NCBI GenBank assembly: GCA_963733675.1
Contig: CAVTET010000012.1
Coordinates: 32,001-96,000 of the forward strand
DNA length: 64,000 nt
Direction of reading: 5' to 3'
From: an uncultured Methanosarcinaceae archaeon
Lineage (GTDB): Archaea > Halobacteriota > Methanosarcinia > Methanosarcinales > Methanosarcinaceae
Part shown: piece after piece, positions 46,051 to 58,490 of the stretch
Layout of the letters: each line of letters starts with the position of its first letter
Numbering within the stretch: position 1 is the stretch's first letter
Made by a program: the position numbers and the translations under genes
The notes under the pieces: generated by a model
Databases searched by the model: none
What the model was told of the DNA's origin: nothing
What the model saw: the letters and a program-made list of their open reading frames with translations, nothing else

Positions 46051-46290
46051 TTGTGGATACCATAAGTCTGAGCTAACACTAAAAAATAGAAAATGAAAAT
46101 GTCCTGATTGCAAGACAAAGCATGGTAGATATATTAATGCTTCAATTAACATCAAAAAATTTTCTCTCATTGATCAAATTTTGATTGTTATCTGACAACC
46201 GTAGAATGTGGGGGATGGACTTGGGTACTTGTTCTCAGAAAAAGAATGTATTAATCAAGAAGCTACCAATCTTCAGCAGAGTGATAGTGC
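46034..46290 (+). mobile_element. IS200/IS605 tnpB 3' remnant (Zn finger/RuvC-III) plus right end
   Basis: SKICHFCGYHKSELTLKNRK*KCPDCKTKHGRYINASINIKKF, followed by ...ATCAAGAAGCTACC right-end-like sequence. Confidence 0.85.
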
Positions 46291-47501
46291 GCGATATTCT
46301 ACTGATTCGTTGAAATTTCGCCGGACATTATATGGTTCAAAGCAGCTGTCCTCAGAATAAAGTTTATTTAGCATTGTATAGTCGACAAACAGGCGATTTT
46401 TTTGAGTAATAAATCTCTTAAAGTGTTTCACAATAATTCTGCATCTGAAGCTTTTTTGAAGAAGATAAGTAAAACTATTTAATAAAAGCTATTAATACAA
46501 GTGAACAATAGCTAGTACCTTCTTCGAATCTCAAAATAGTAGACGATTCAATGAGATCACTAATGTAATCAAAGTCGGTTTATCTTGGAAAGTTTAAAAA
46601 TATAATTCCATTATTTTTAATATCTAATTTAGAAAATTGTATCCTTAATAAATTCAACGGTGCCTCAAGTGCTTAGTCCCATAGGATACCAAAGTTATGA
46701 ATAGATCTTCGTTGAAAAACTTGTAAGCTTGTAAATATGTTTATAGTAGTGAGCTATATATACAAATATCGAGTGTGTGAAAATGATAAACGTAAAAAAG
46801 TATATAAGATATATAATCCTTGGTTGTTTTGTTGGATTATTACTGATTTACCTTCGTTTTAAGAAAGTAAATGTTCAACAATAACTTTCGAGCAGATATA
46901 CTCATTGCAATTTTTTAGAAATTTCATTTATAATGCATCCATATTTTCGAGCAAAAAATTCAAATTTATGAACCAAGATGAACCGAATTGAGGGATAGGT
47001 GTAACTCTCAAGCTGAGAAAAAAATTATCATTCCCCATCTTCACTGTTATTTAATGAGCAAATATATGTGGGCTGATTTTATTTAACTGTTGGATATTTA
47101 TCACTTTTTATTGAGCTTGTAACTTAATTAGATATCTAACCATAGCGATACTCTGCAAAACTGTTTACTTTATTTACCATGATTTAAAAGTACTTTTAAC
47201 TAAGAATTTAAGTATCCAGATTTCCCTAAGCCAGTTATGGGAATACCATGTATGGTACTAACAACCAGAAGCATATGCCTTTTAAGATGGTCATTTGGAA
47301 TTTTAGCAAATACTAAAGCTTGATAATTAAGAAAACTTTTTATTTGCATTCTCCAATATACTCAACGTTTTTAATCATCTTCTAATGGTTTATGAAGCAG
47401 TTGATAATCATTGAATCTTAAAGTTCATTTGATTCTACGTAAAGCCGCTAAAAAGCGAAAGATATCAATTTAGTTGCAAAATTATAAATCGAGGCTTATT
47501 A

Positions 47502-47753
47502 ATGCAGTACCAGGCAAAAGTTATAATTGAACTGAAGGCAGGCATGCTTGACCCTGAAGCCACTACAACAAAAAGGGCTCTTGGACATCTTGGCTATGAT
47601 GTCAGTAGTTTAAAGACCGCAAAGCTATATGAGATCGTAATAGAAGCCGGATCTTTAGACATCGCACAGCATAAGGTTGAAGAAATGTGCCAGAAGCTTA
47701 TTGCGAATCCGATTATTCACAACTACACAATCAAGCTCCAGGAGCTTAATTGA
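47502..47753 (+). CDS. purS: FGAM synthase subunit PurS
   Basis: LKAGMLDPE...MCQKLIANPIIHNY. Confidence 0.96.
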   Translation: MQYQAKVIIELKAGMLDPEATTTKRALGHLGYDVSSLKTAKLYEIVIEAGSLDIAQHKVEEMCQKLIANPIIHNYTIKLQELN

Positions 47754-47826
47754 GAGCTACTCAGCAAGAGGATTGAACATCTAGAAAAGTTAAAAATTTC
47801 AAAATGCTGAAAATTGAGGGAAAAAG

Positions 47827-48525
47827 ATGAAAGTTGCCATTATTCAGTTCGGAGGCACAAACTGTGACCTGGACGTACTACATGTTCTCAAAGATGTCGT
47901 GGGTGTTGACGCCGAGACTGTCTGGTACAAACAGGAAAAACTAACAGGCTTTGATGGAGTCATTATTCCTGGTGGCTTTTCTTATGGGGACTATCTGAGA
48001 GCAGGAGCAATTGCAGCCCGCACTCCAATTATGGATTCTGTAAAAAAACTTGCAGCTGAAGGAAAGCCTGTCATTGGGATTTGTAATGGTTTTCAGGTCC
48101 TCACAGAAGCGAGACTTCTTGAAGGGGCTCTTACTACTAATAAATACCCAAAATTTAGGTGCCAATGGACCAACATCAGAGTAGAGACTGTCAATACTCC
48201 CTTTACCTCTAGGTTCAGAAAAGGTGAGCTTTTAAGGATGCCTATTGCCCATATGGAAGGGAAATTTTACACCGACGAGGAAACTCTATCAAAACTTGAC
48301 GAAAAAGACCAAGTCGTTTTCCGTTATGTAGATGAAAATGGGGACGCAACAGATGCATCTAACCCTAATGGTTCTCTAGAAAATATTGCAGGAATAGTAA
48401 GTACTTCACGAAACATTCTCGGATTAATGCCCCATCCTGAAAGAGCTTCTGAATTAATTCTAGGCTCAGATGAGGGCTTACGTGTTTTTGAGTCAATGGC
48501 AGATTATATTACCGAAAATTTCTAA
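47827..48525 (+). CDS. purQ: FGAM synthase subunit PurQ
   Basis: PGGFSYGDYLRAGAIA, GICNGFQ, NPNGS, GLMPHPER. Confidence 0.97.
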   Translation: MKVAIIQFGGTNCDLDVLHVLKDVVGVDAETVWYKQEKLTGFDGVIIPGGFSYGDYLRAGAIAARTPIMDSVKKLAAEGKPVIGICNGFQVLTEARLLEGALTTNKYPKFRCQWTNIRVETVNTPFTSRFRKGELLRMPIAHMEGKFYTDEETLSKLDEKDQVVFRYVDENGDATDASNPNGSLENIAGIVSTSRNILGLMPHPERASELILGSDEGLRVFESMADYITENF

Positions 48526-48596
48526 CCCACATTATTTTTTAATCCATTTTTTTCAAGTTGACATACTAGATGATTGGAGATTTGATACTTTTTTCC

Positions 48597-48900
48597 AGTT
48601 GAATACCCTCTAGCTTGCATAGCGGTTGAGAACTTCTAAGGAAATCTCTATTAACTAGCTATTTATATTTTTAAGCTATTTTAGGAATGTAATATGTAAC
48701 TATTTAACACGAACTATTGAGTCTATGAAATTAGGTATCACATCATTCTTGGTATGAAGTATCGTAAAAAACTTGTTTTATACAATGAGATCATCAACTA
48801 TTTAAAACATATATGCTTTGAAGTGGTAAAAGATGTTGTTTTGAGTTTGATACAATAGAAGCCAGCGGTTGTCGTGTAAATCTTTTCGTTTGGGCTAAAC
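48597..48900 (+). mobile_element. IS200 tnpA (Y1 transposase) remnant with left end
   Basis: VYEIRYHIILGMKYRKKLVL...YLKHICFEV/CCFEFDTIEASGCRVNLFV (degenerate HUH region). Confidence 0.7.
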
Positions 48901-49072
48901 TACCATAAATACCTATATTGTTCGAAGGTATACTCAGTATTCCTGTGTTTATTGGAACATTTGAGATTTTGGAACATTTGGTAGTTATGAAGTATAGGAA
49001 ACATCCTATTGAGAATACTTTTATATAATCGTCTTCTCATAACTTTTAGTTCTCAATACAAACATTTATTCG

Positions 49073-49690
49073 TTATTTATGTATGCTATCGAGAATTGCG
49101 GATAAATATGCTGTGATTATTGGGAGTAAAAATGTCTTTATAATGGATGACGATGCTGTGATTATTGAGAGTAAAAATGTCGTTATAAAAGTACTGATCG
49201 TTTTGATATCAAATCTTTTATGCTTCCTTTCTTTTATTTTCCTTTCTTCTCTTTCAAGAAGATCCAGAATCATTTTTATTTCTTCAAGATCGTTTTTATA
49301 GTCACTATCTTTTTTGTTAAAACTAATTTCAATTATTTTGTCATAAGTTTCCTTAGACTTCATGTTTATTTTTTTGAGTTCTGATTTTATACCTTGCTCA
49401 ATTAAGTTCCTAATTATTTGTTGTGTTATTATAAAAAATATCAAACCTAAAAGAAGTATCAGAATTACTATAATCATTGAATATGTAATTTGTATATGTC
49501 GGGTGAACATTTCATAAAATAAACTTGGTGGTAGAGTTTCGATTATAAGCAATGTTGTCAACATGAAATAGCTACTCACAATCAACAGAATAAAAGATCT
49601 CAGGGGTTTAAGTCCTCTGGTTTCATAGCTGAACTTGAAGGAGCTAAAAATTAATCTGTTGACCAATTTTCTAAAGTGAAACCACTTCAT
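49073..49690 (-). CDS. Hypothetical membrane protein
   Basis: 205-aa AT-rich ORF with hydrophobic helices and a charged coiled segment. Confidence 0.55.
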   Translation of the reverse strand: MKWFHFRKLVNRLIFSSFKFSYETRGLKPLRSFILLIVSSYFMLTTLLIIETLPPSLFYEMFTRHIQITYSMIIVILILLLGLIFFIITQQIIRNLIEQGIKSELKKINMKSKETYDKIIEISFNKKDSDYKNDLEEIKMILDLLEREERKIKERKHKRFDIKTISTFITTFLLSIITASSSIIKTFLLPIITAYLSAILDSIHK

Positions 49691-50363
49691 GATGCAAAAT
49701 TAGACGAAGAACTTCTCAACTCAGTTAAAAAGGGATATATTAGTTTTTTTAAAAGGAGGTGGCCTCATCTTTTTAGAGAACCATTATTACTCCTTCTAAA
49801 GAACAGAACATAAAATAACTGCTGGATAGCAATGCTGCAAATTAAAATGTTGTTATCGTGGATATTTTTAATGCTTAGAGAAAAAATTAAAAGAAAGAAA
49901 ACTTATGCACTGATAACAGTTTATAAATATTATCTAAACTGATAGTTTATAATTTTTTTATCTTTATACTGTTTTCTAATTCTATCCAAGTCCAAAAGTA
50001 CCTATAGAGTAAAATTAAACATTCAATAATAGTTTAATATATAAACACAGGTTTTATAGTATAAACTATGCATAATCATGGGATTTACATTCAAAGATTG
50101 ATCCAGGAGAACAAATTAATAAGTACTGCGGAAGACTCAAAAAAGAAATAGGGCAATATAGATTACCTTAAGGGATATCATTATTACCCTGGAAAATTAG
50201 GTGAACAACCCTTTTAAATTCTGCATGGGGATTACATCATAAACATGAAATTAACAACAATAAAATGTTGTTTGTGTAGTTAGTGAGATAATCAACCCGA
50301 TGCTTTTAAGCTCATTTTTTTCCTAACTGTTTAACTCTTTCGGTTAACAGACTGAGCTTTGAA

Positions 50364-50771
50364 TCACTCTGTTTTTGCTCCTTCTGTAGTTTCGAGGCCT
50401 AAAAGTGCTTTAATGGATTTGTTTCCATATTCAACAACTTTGGCGTTGATCTGAACGATGTCATGAGCAATTTCTTTACCACGCATCATTTTTCTCCTGC
50501 GTTGTCCAGGGAGTTTAGGGGTATAACCTACACCTACTGCTAGCAAAATTTTCTGCCTTCTGGGACCCGGAAGATCTGGTCTCATAACAAAACCGCTGCC
50601 GTCGCAGCCACCCGTTATCTTGACTTTATATCCGGCCAGGCCGAAGATGTTACCTTCAACAACTTCACCAATTGATTTTCCTATTAATGCATTTGCTTCA
50701 GCGTCTTTTATGTTGAGCTGATAAGCAAGCGCTTCTTTTGGGTCAGAAATTACGACTCTAAAATTTGCCAT
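50364..50771 (-). CDS. rps6e: 30S ribosomal protein S6e
   Basis: [12 protein letters not shown]...[15 protein letters not shown]...[10 protein letters not shown]. Confidence 0.96.
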   Translation of the reverse strand: MANFRVVISDPKEALAYQLNIKDAEANALIGKSIGEVVEGNIFGLAGYKVKITGGCDGSGFVMRPDLPGPRRQKILLAVGVGYTPKLPGQRRRKMMRGKEIAHDIVQINAKVVEYGNKSIKALLGLETTEGAKTE

Positions 50772-50907
50772 GTAATCAATCCTCAATATCAGTTTTAACT
50801 GCAATAATTACTTTGCCTTACCTTGTTTTCTTTACCAGAATCTCAACCCGAATTTTTATATAAATTCTTAAAGATCCTGAAGTTAGCCTATTTATCTTCA
50901 ATATCCG

Positions 50908-52686
50908 TCATTTTGCCCAAAATGGATTATCTTTTCTTTTGAGTCCAAGTAAAATATCAAGAGTTTCCTTTTCGTCGGTTGAAAGTGACTCATAGATCTC
51001 TTGTTCTAGGACTTTGGCATGCCTCTCAGGCACATTGATGTAGAGCACGTCTTCTTCTTTGATTTGTCTACCCACGGTTGCACCGTCAATTGCCATTGCA
51101 ATTTCCTTGCCTATCCTCGCAGAAGGAATATTTTCCCCTTCCGCCTGGAGGCCCTTGATCTTACCCACAACGGTCCCATTTTCGAGAATAATATCTACGT
51201 TCGTTCGCACAACTCCACCAAGTACTCTTACCCCTACAACTGCGGGTTTGCTCTGACGAAACACGCATCCTGGAAGAATTTTAAATTTTCCCGGTCGAAC
51301 AATAGTTTCGAAAATCTTTTTTTCTGACATTTCTTGCTGTTCTTTTACATACTTATGGTAATCCTCAATCAGACGGTAGATTACATCATTAATAAATACC
51401 TTCACATTACTACTTTCCTGTAGAAAATCTCTGGCATCAGAGTGAATTTTGACATTGAAACCAATAATTATCGAATAGATTGGATCTTCAACTGTAGAAG
51501 CACCAACTGTATCCCTGTGTGAGATGTCTCCGACCTCAGCTTTCCTTATTGGAACTTTATCTTTCTGGAACTCATGGGCAAGGGCTTCAAGAGAGCCTAA
51601 AGTATCGGCTTTGATCATTATTCCAGTAGAACCTGTATCAATTCTGACTTCATCAATTTCAGACTTTACCTGGGCTACAATTTCCTCAAGTGTTTCTTCC
51701 GTAGCGACCCGTATGGGAGCACCAGCAATAGCACCTTCGAGATCTGGAGCCGATATCTTTACGCCAACTGCAGCAGTGACCTTATTCACCTGCTGGAACT
51801 TGTTTTCGTAGCGTATCTCAGAGAGTTCCCTGGGCTTCAAGAGAGCCCTTACTTTTGTATTGATCGGTTCTCCTAGGCTTCCTATAATAATAGTATCGCC
51901 TTTTTTTAGCATCCCATCGTAGAGGATAATATCAAGTGTTGTACCCAGGCCCTTTTCTTCCTTAACTTCAAGAACTGTCCCGACTCCAGGGATCTTGGAG
52001 CTGTACTGCAGGTTCGCTTCAAGGAACTTCTGAGCCAATCCGATGAGTACCATCAGGATATCAGGAATTCCTTCTCCTGTAATAGCACTTGCAGGCACTA
52101 TACTTAGAGTTGTCTGGAAGTTCGTGACTCGATCATAGCGCTCAGATGCAAAACCCTGGTTGTATAGTTCACCAACTAATTCATAAAGTTTTGTTTCCAG
52201 TCTAGACTGGACATCTTCAAGCTGTTTTTTGAATGTAACGTCAAAAGGCATGTCTTTTTGTGAGATCCACCCCCTTATCCTGTCTATCTTGTTGGCGACA
52301 ACGACAAAAGGAGTCTTGAATCGTTTTAGGATTTGCAAGCTTTCGTAGGTTTGGGGCTTGAAACCCTCATTTATATCCACTACAACAATCGCAAGATCGG
52401 CAAGAGCTCCTCCTCGGCTCCTAAGAGTTGTAAAGGCATGATGTCCTGGCGTATCAATAAAAAGCAAACCTGGTACTAGAAAGTGATGTATAAGCTTTGG
52501 ATCCCCAAGTTTATCGGCAATTACACCGATCTTAACTTCAGTTGCACCAATATGTTGTGTGATAGCCCCTGCTTCTCCACTAGCAATTGTACTACCCCTT
52601 ATCTTGTCTAAGAGAGTAGTTTTTCCGTGATCTACGTGCCCCATCACGCAGACTATAGGAGTCCGCAAATTTTTCCTGTCGACCAT
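50908..52686 (-). CDS. infB: Translation initiation factor IF-2 (aIF5B)
   Basis: GHVDHGKTT, GAITQHIGA, DTPGH, NKID, KADTLGSLEAL. Confidence 0.98.
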   Translation of the reverse strand: MVDRKNLRTPIVCVMGHVDHGKTTLLDKIRGSTIASGEAGAITQHIGATEVKIGVIADKLGDPKLIHHFLVPGLLFIDTPGHHAFTTLRSRGGALADLAIVVVDINEGFKPQTYESLQILKRFKTPFVVVANKIDRIRGWISQKDMPFDVTFKKQLEDVQSRLETKLYELVGELYNQGFASERYDRVTNFQTTLSIVPASAITGEGIPDILMVLIGLAQKFLEANLQYSSKIPGVGTVLEVKEEKGLGTTLDIILYDGMLKKGDTIIIGSLGEPINTKVRALLKPRELSEIRYENKFQQVNKVTAAVGVKISAPDLEGAIAGAPIRVATEETLEEIVAQVKSEIDEVRIDTGSTGIMIKADTLGSLEALAHEFQKDKVPIRKAEVGDISHRDTVGASTVEDPIYSIIIGFNVKIHSDARDFLQESSNVKVFINDVIYRLIEDYHKYVKEQQEMSEKKIFETIVRPGKFKILPGCVFRQSKPAVVGVRVLGGVVRTNVDIILENGTVVGKIKGLQAEGENIPSARIGKEIAMAIDGATVGRQIKEEDVLYINVPERHAKVLEQEIYESLSTDEKETLDILLGLKRKDNPFWAK

Positions 52687-52841
52687 ATGCAAAACCTCTC
52701 TCATTCCTGCGTCATATCCCCTGCAGGTCCAGATGGATCAGAGTTTCCCACTACGGACCCATATTACAAGTACGAAGAATCTAATCCTGTAAACATACTC
52801 TTAAAATTTCAGAAATATTAAAAATCTTTGATGCACCTGCT

Positions 52842-53291
52842 TTATTCGTAAATACATACCTCATCAATCTTAGAATATTCCAAAATTTCGGAGTCCTTGA
52901 AGTGGATTGCAATTTCCCTTGCTGCAGCATCTGTGGAATCGGATGCATGAATTATGTTTCTGCCTATATCCAGAGAAAAATCCCCACGAATAGTTCCTGG
53001 AGTTGCATCTACAGGATTCGTAGCACCGGCTATAGTTCTCATGACCCGAATTGCGTCTTTCCCGGCAACTACCATTGAAATTGAGGGGCCAGAGATGATA
53101 TATTTAACTAGGGATGTGAAAAAAGACTTTGTCTCATGTTCACTATAGTGTTCCTTGGCATTGGCTTCCTTGATAACATTCATCCTGAGGGAGATTATTT
53201 TCAAACCTCTCCTTTCTATTCTGGAAATAATTTCTCCAACCAGCCCACGCTGAACTCCATCAGGTTTTACCATAACGTAAGTTTGTTCCAT
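52842..53291 (-). CDS. ndk: Nucleoside diphosphate kinase
   Basis: [27 protein letters not shown]. Confidence 0.97.
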   Translation of the reverse strand: MEQTYVMVKPDGVQRGLVGEIISRIERRGLKIISLRMNVIKEANAKEHYSEHETKSFFTSLVKYIISGPSISMVVAGKDAIRVMRTIAGATNPVDATPGTIRGDFSLDIGRNIIHASDSTDAAAREIAIHFKDSEILEYSKIDEVCIYE

Positions 53292-53339
53292 TCTATACAC
53301 CGTGACGATATCCGAATAATTAATAGATAATTCCATCTA

Positions 53340-53528
<189 letters not shown>

Positions 53529-53544
53529 TTATTTCACCGCTTTT

Positions 53545-53769
<225 letters not shown>

Positions 53770-53784
53770 CTATACTCCTTGTTA

Positions 53785-54194
<410 letters not shown>

Positions 54195-54458
54195 ATAGTT
54201 TTTTAACACATATTTGTCGGCATTGAAAATTCAAATTCCGAAAAAAGAACCTGAAATTCTTCAATGTGTAGATTAATTTAGCTAAAACACATATCGATGC
54301 TGACTAAATGCTCAGATCGGACCTTAGAAGTACATAATCACCTATAAACTTTCTGCTTGAAAACAAGAATCACAAACTAAATGTAAAAGCAAAGCAACAA
54401 AAACAGGTATGTAAAAGAATATTTCCAATATAGGTATCAAGAAATAAATCAATTCGTT

Positions 54459-55109
54459 ATGGTTATAAATGATGTCATAATTTTGATTCTCATGGACACA
54501 ATTTGCTATGAAGCTTATAAAAATTTATACATTAACATTACTAATCGCTGCAGTGGAAACTGTATATTTTGCATCCGCAACTTTGCAGACGGAGTTCATG
54601 GATATGATCTTAGGCTTTCAAAGGAACCATCAATAGATGAAGTCATTGAAGTACTTGAAAAGCAGAATCTTTCTAAATATGAAGAAATAGTATTTGCAGG
54701 TCTTGGGGAGCCTACACTAAGATTCGAAGTCGTGCTCGCAGTAACACAATGGCTTAAAAACAGAAATCTCAAAGTCAGGCTAAATACCAATGGACATGTA
54801 GCCCTCATAAATCCCGAAAAGAATGTTATTCTCGAATTGAAAAACGTAGGAATAGATTCCATATCTGTTAGCCTGAATGCCGAGTCCGAAGTAAAATATA
54901 ATGAACTTTGCAGACCAATTCATAAAAACGCTTACAGAGCAGTACTTAATTTTATTAAGGGAGCAAGAAAGGCAGGAATCGGTATAAGAGTTACAGTAGT
55001 TAATTTGTTCAAAATAGATGTTGATAACTGTAAAAAGCTGGCAGAAAAGCTTGATTCTGAATTTCATGTAAGGGCATTATACGAGTCAGAAAATAACGAA
55101 ATTTATTAG
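54459..55109 (+). CDS. TatD-associated radical SAM protein
   Basis: LYINITNRCSGNCIFCIR (CxxxCxxC), EIVFAGLGEP, RLNTNG; start may be ATG at 54492. Confidence 0.88.
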   Translation: MVINDVIILILMDTICYEAYKNLYINITNRCSGNCIFCIRNFADGVHGYDLRLSKEPSIDEVIEVLEKQNLSKYEEIVFAGLGEPTLRFEVVLAVTQWLKNRNLKVRLNTNGHVALINPEKNVILELKNVGIDSISVSLNAESEVKYNELCRPIHKNAYRAVLNFIKGARKAGIGIRVTVVNLFKIDVDNCKKLAEKLDSEFHVRALYESENNEIY

Positions 55110-56318
55110 ATATTTAATACCAGAATTGAAAATTCGTGTATTGTGATAATGTTGGGACTTGGGCAGTTGACTTAAATATCAATGCCATTACACCTTTAAT
55201 TGTCTAATATAACATTTCACTAATTTAGAGGCAATGATTTTCTAAACCAGATCTCTGTATTTCAACATACATCTTTCTTCAGTAAACATATTAGTTTAAA
55301 TACGACTATATCTAATTTCTCTCTAAATTGCTCTTAGAATGTTCAATTTAAATCTCAAAATTAGATCCTGCAAACCAAAATTAATGTATTTTTTATTTCA
55401 GAAATGAAAGGATATACGAAATCATAACTCAATATTTGAGTCATTTTGTTCGACATTTATGCATGAGAATTAAGAAATTTTTTAATAGCTTCTGCGATCA
55501 CAAAAATCTATTACTGTTTCCCACATTCTTGGACTGTAATTAATAAAATATCACGAAATTGGTAAAAGCTCTCCTATTTTTTATAAATAATTTATCAAGC
55601 TTGAGGATACAGTTTTTGCCTGCCTTGACTTCAATTTCAGCTTAAGATTTTTCTTTCATCTCGGTGTTGCTCTGCAAAAAGCGGATTTGAGATATCAAGG
55701 AATGTTGAATGAACTAATTTTTATGTCCATAAATCGTTGAAAATCATAATAAAGACTATTCCTGAGATACTTGTTTTCATTTTTGATCATGAATCAAGGA
55801 ACGACCAGTTTTATTAATTTCCTAACTAAAGAGAAGAAACTTTTGATCTCCTACACATTTCAAATCTCAAAAGCCTGTAATGTTTCAGAAGTATTAGAAA
55901 AAAACACTTCTTTTCCGGTTATTTTCAGAATCCATAGATTTGTTGGCTTCAATTTCCTCCTCTAATTCAGCAGCATATTCAACCAGCCTGTTTATGCGAG
56001 AATTTTCAGAGATTATCCGAAAAGTTTCATTCTTTTTCTGCAATCCTGGTGCCATACCTTTATGCAGTAGGGGGCATCATTTCCCTCAAAATACGGGACT
56101 TTCCATAGCAAGACGGTACCGTTTAACAAAGGAACTTACCTAAAAAAAGCAAGTTCTATTATGAGAGTTCGGATCAGTGGTACAGAGCCTGGCTTGGAGA
56201 CAACTTGCTAAGCAGTCCTTGGCATGTTCAGAAAATTTATCAACTTTCTATCAGCTCAATTATCAAAGACAAAAAGACTAACCAAAAAATGAACTGAATT
56301 ATTTACTAATTTATCTGC

Positions 56319-56810
56319 TTACTTAATAGTATCTTTTGATATATTGCATATCCCACAGCTCGGATCACAGAAATGTCCTATATTTTCTGCCCTTTCGTCT
56401 TCACTTCTTTTTTCTTCACTCGAAAATTCGGATGCAAGGGCTCTAGTACTATCTGCAAGCACTGCAGCATTTGAAAGAGATGCTCCTATCATTATAGCAT
56501 AAAATATACTCACTTTATTAATCCCTCTTCTTCTCGCGACTCTAATATGCATTCTGAGGCAATGATCACAGCGAAGGGCAGAAGCCACGCCTATGGAAAT
56601 AAGTTCAACTACATCCGGATCTAGACTCTGTAATCCTCTCATGATGGAGTTATCATAAATTGTTTTAGGGATAAATATTTCAGGGAAATCTTTCATAAAG
56701 TTTGTAATATAAGGGACTTCTCCATACTGCTTCCGAACATCTTCAAGGAGTTCTGGAACGACTTTTTCAGGAGAATTTTTCAACATTTCCACAATATCCT
56801 CAAGTTTCAT
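56319..56810 (-). CDS. Carboxymuconolactone decarboxylase (AhpD-like) family protein
   Basis: ELISIGVASALRCDHCLRMH; C-terminal CDPSCGIC. Confidence 0.88.
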   Translation of the reverse strand: MKLEDIVEMLKNSPEKVVPELLEDVRKQYGEVPYITNFMKDFPEIFIPKTIYDNSIMRGLQSLDPDVVELISIGVASALRCDHCLRMHIRVARRRGINKVSIFYAIMIGASLSNAAVLADSTRALASEFSSEEKRSEDERAENIGHFCDPSCGICNISKDTIK

Positions 56811-56949
56811 AAAAAACCACCAGTATGCACAACGTGGAAACTGTATTCCAACTCCGTTTTTCGGGCAACTTTACCGTATAAAGGATTAGTGAAAAGTCAC
56901 TAAACCAGTAAAAATTTGAAATATAACTTTTAACTTAATGGCAAATGTG

Positions 56950-57882
56950 TTAAATTGCAAAACCAACTTCAGATTTAGATTTGATCTTTATCAATATATA
57001 ATTTTTCATCTTTGACCTTGAAATATTTCCAAGCTCAGAAAGGATAACACCTTCATCAAATTCCAGCTTTTCAATTTTTTCATGAAATTCATCATATGGT
57101 AGTTTGACCCTGATCCCATCGAGCTGAAGGGTAAGCGGAGCAGGAGAAAGCGCACTTTGGATCTCAGGGATCTGATTTTCGATCTCCGTCATGACTTTGA
57201 CAGGAAAAACTGAGAGTGGATCTTTTGACTGTCGTTTTCGAATCTTATCGGCCACCTTTCCAATTTCTTTACTAAGTTTGTCAAGGGCGTTAACTTCGTC
57301 TACTTTCCTTAATCTGTGAGAAGTCCTTCCAATATTTCCAACATAAAGGTCTGCTCCGGGGACTTCCTCAGTTTTCAGATCAGGCCCACCTGTCACAACA
57401 ATGGGTATTTCGATACCTTCAAAGAGTTTTGGCTTCTTATTAATAATGCAGTCACTGAAGGCTCCGAATGTGAATACGGCAATATCATGTTCATTGATAA
57501 GTTTTTTTTCATAGTCCATAGATAGGGATACCCGTCGTCCCATACCTCTGGCGAGACCTATCATGTTTGTGTTAGCTCCAGGACCACGAAGGGATTCTGC
57601 GACATCACAGGCTGAATGCGGAAGGTGGTGAGAGGCAAGAGTCGGCGAAACAACTGCAATTTCCACGCCTGTTAGGGGAGCTTCTGTAATGATTCCAAGA
57701 AGTTCATCAGATTGCTTTTTTACAATCGGAACATCCTTTTTAGGAATAAGCATTATAAGGTTGACTTCAGTCCCAGTAACTACTTTTTGGATTACATAGC
57801 CTCCTAGATCTTCGAGCAGTTCAATTAAAAGGCCATGTTTATGGACACCACCAGTGTACAGATAGGGAGAGAGTATAGCCAT
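56950..57882 (-). CDS. Methanogenesis marker protein 7
   Basis: GGVHKH, SPTLASHHLPHSACDVAE, GLARG; cluster position. Confidence 0.92.
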   Translation of the reverse strand: MAILSPYLYTGGVHKHGLLIELLEDLGGYVIQKVVTGTEVNLIMLIPKKDVPIVKKQSDELLGIITEAPLTGVEIAVVSPTLASHHLPHSACDVAESLRGPGANTNMIGLARGMGRRVSLSMDYEKKLINEHDIAVFTFGAFSDCIINKKPKLFEGIEIPIVVTGGPDLKTEEVPGADLYVGNIGRTSHRLRKVDEVNALDKLSKEIGKVADKIRKRQSKDPLSVFPVKVMTEIENQIPEIQSALSPAPLTLQLDGIRVKLPYDEFHEKIEKLEFDEGVILSELGNISRSKMKNYILIKIKSKSEVGFAI

Positions 57883-57883
57883 C

Positions 57884-58483
57884 TTATTTTTCCCCCGCTC
57901 CCTTCAATACTTCGAGCATTTTTTCTGCCTCTGTGATCCATTCATTTTTTAATGCCTCCTCGGACGCTACAAAAATAAAGCTATTACCTTTATACAGATG
58001 GTAGCGGACTCTAAAACCTTCTGGAGTTACTCGAATTGCAAAATCAACCAGATTTTCGTGGATCCTATGCCTTGGATCTGCAATCATCATTTCTTTAATA
58101 AAAGCCACTTCTTCTTCTGATCTATCCGTACTTATAGCTACGGTCAAGCGGTCCGGCTGGCTGATGTTAGCTTTTCCATAAAGCTTCCAAAGTTTCTCTA
58201 ACAGCTCCGGAATATACTTCTCTTTTTGAATCGAAATTATTATCTTCTTGGCTAATGATTTTGATTCCACTTCGGCAATATCAATTGTCTTAACCTTGCT
58301 GCCGACATCCCTGAGGATTATTACCATCTGAAAAAGGGAATCTTCAGGTCTTAACATAACCTTGATCCTTCCTATTGCCGGAGCAAGCTTGAGACTTGTA
58401 AGGTTATCCTCTATAATTTTTTTGTAAAACTCCTGCTCCGAAGCAATTACTGAATTTACAACAAAGGTCTCAAGGGAATCCAT
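57884..58483 (-). CDS. Methanogenesis marker protein 17
   Basis: RVTPEGFRVRYH, FVASEE; cluster position. Confidence 0.9.
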   Translation of the reverse strand: MDSLETFVVNSVIASEQEFYKKIIEDNLTSLKLAPAIGRIKVMLRPEDSLFQMVIILRDVGSKVKTIDIAEVESKSLAKKIIISIQKEKYIPELLEKLWKLYGKANISQPDRLTVAISTDRSEEEVAFIKEMMIADPRHRIHENLVDFAIRVTPEGFRVRYHLYKGNSFIFVASEEALKNEWITEAEKMLEVLKGAGEK

Positions 58484-58490
58484 CTGTCTC

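Noticed and set aside
45930-47500. tRNA gene as the integration target
   Set aside because: No cloverleaf or T-arm motif seen by eye; the junction falls in tnpB instead
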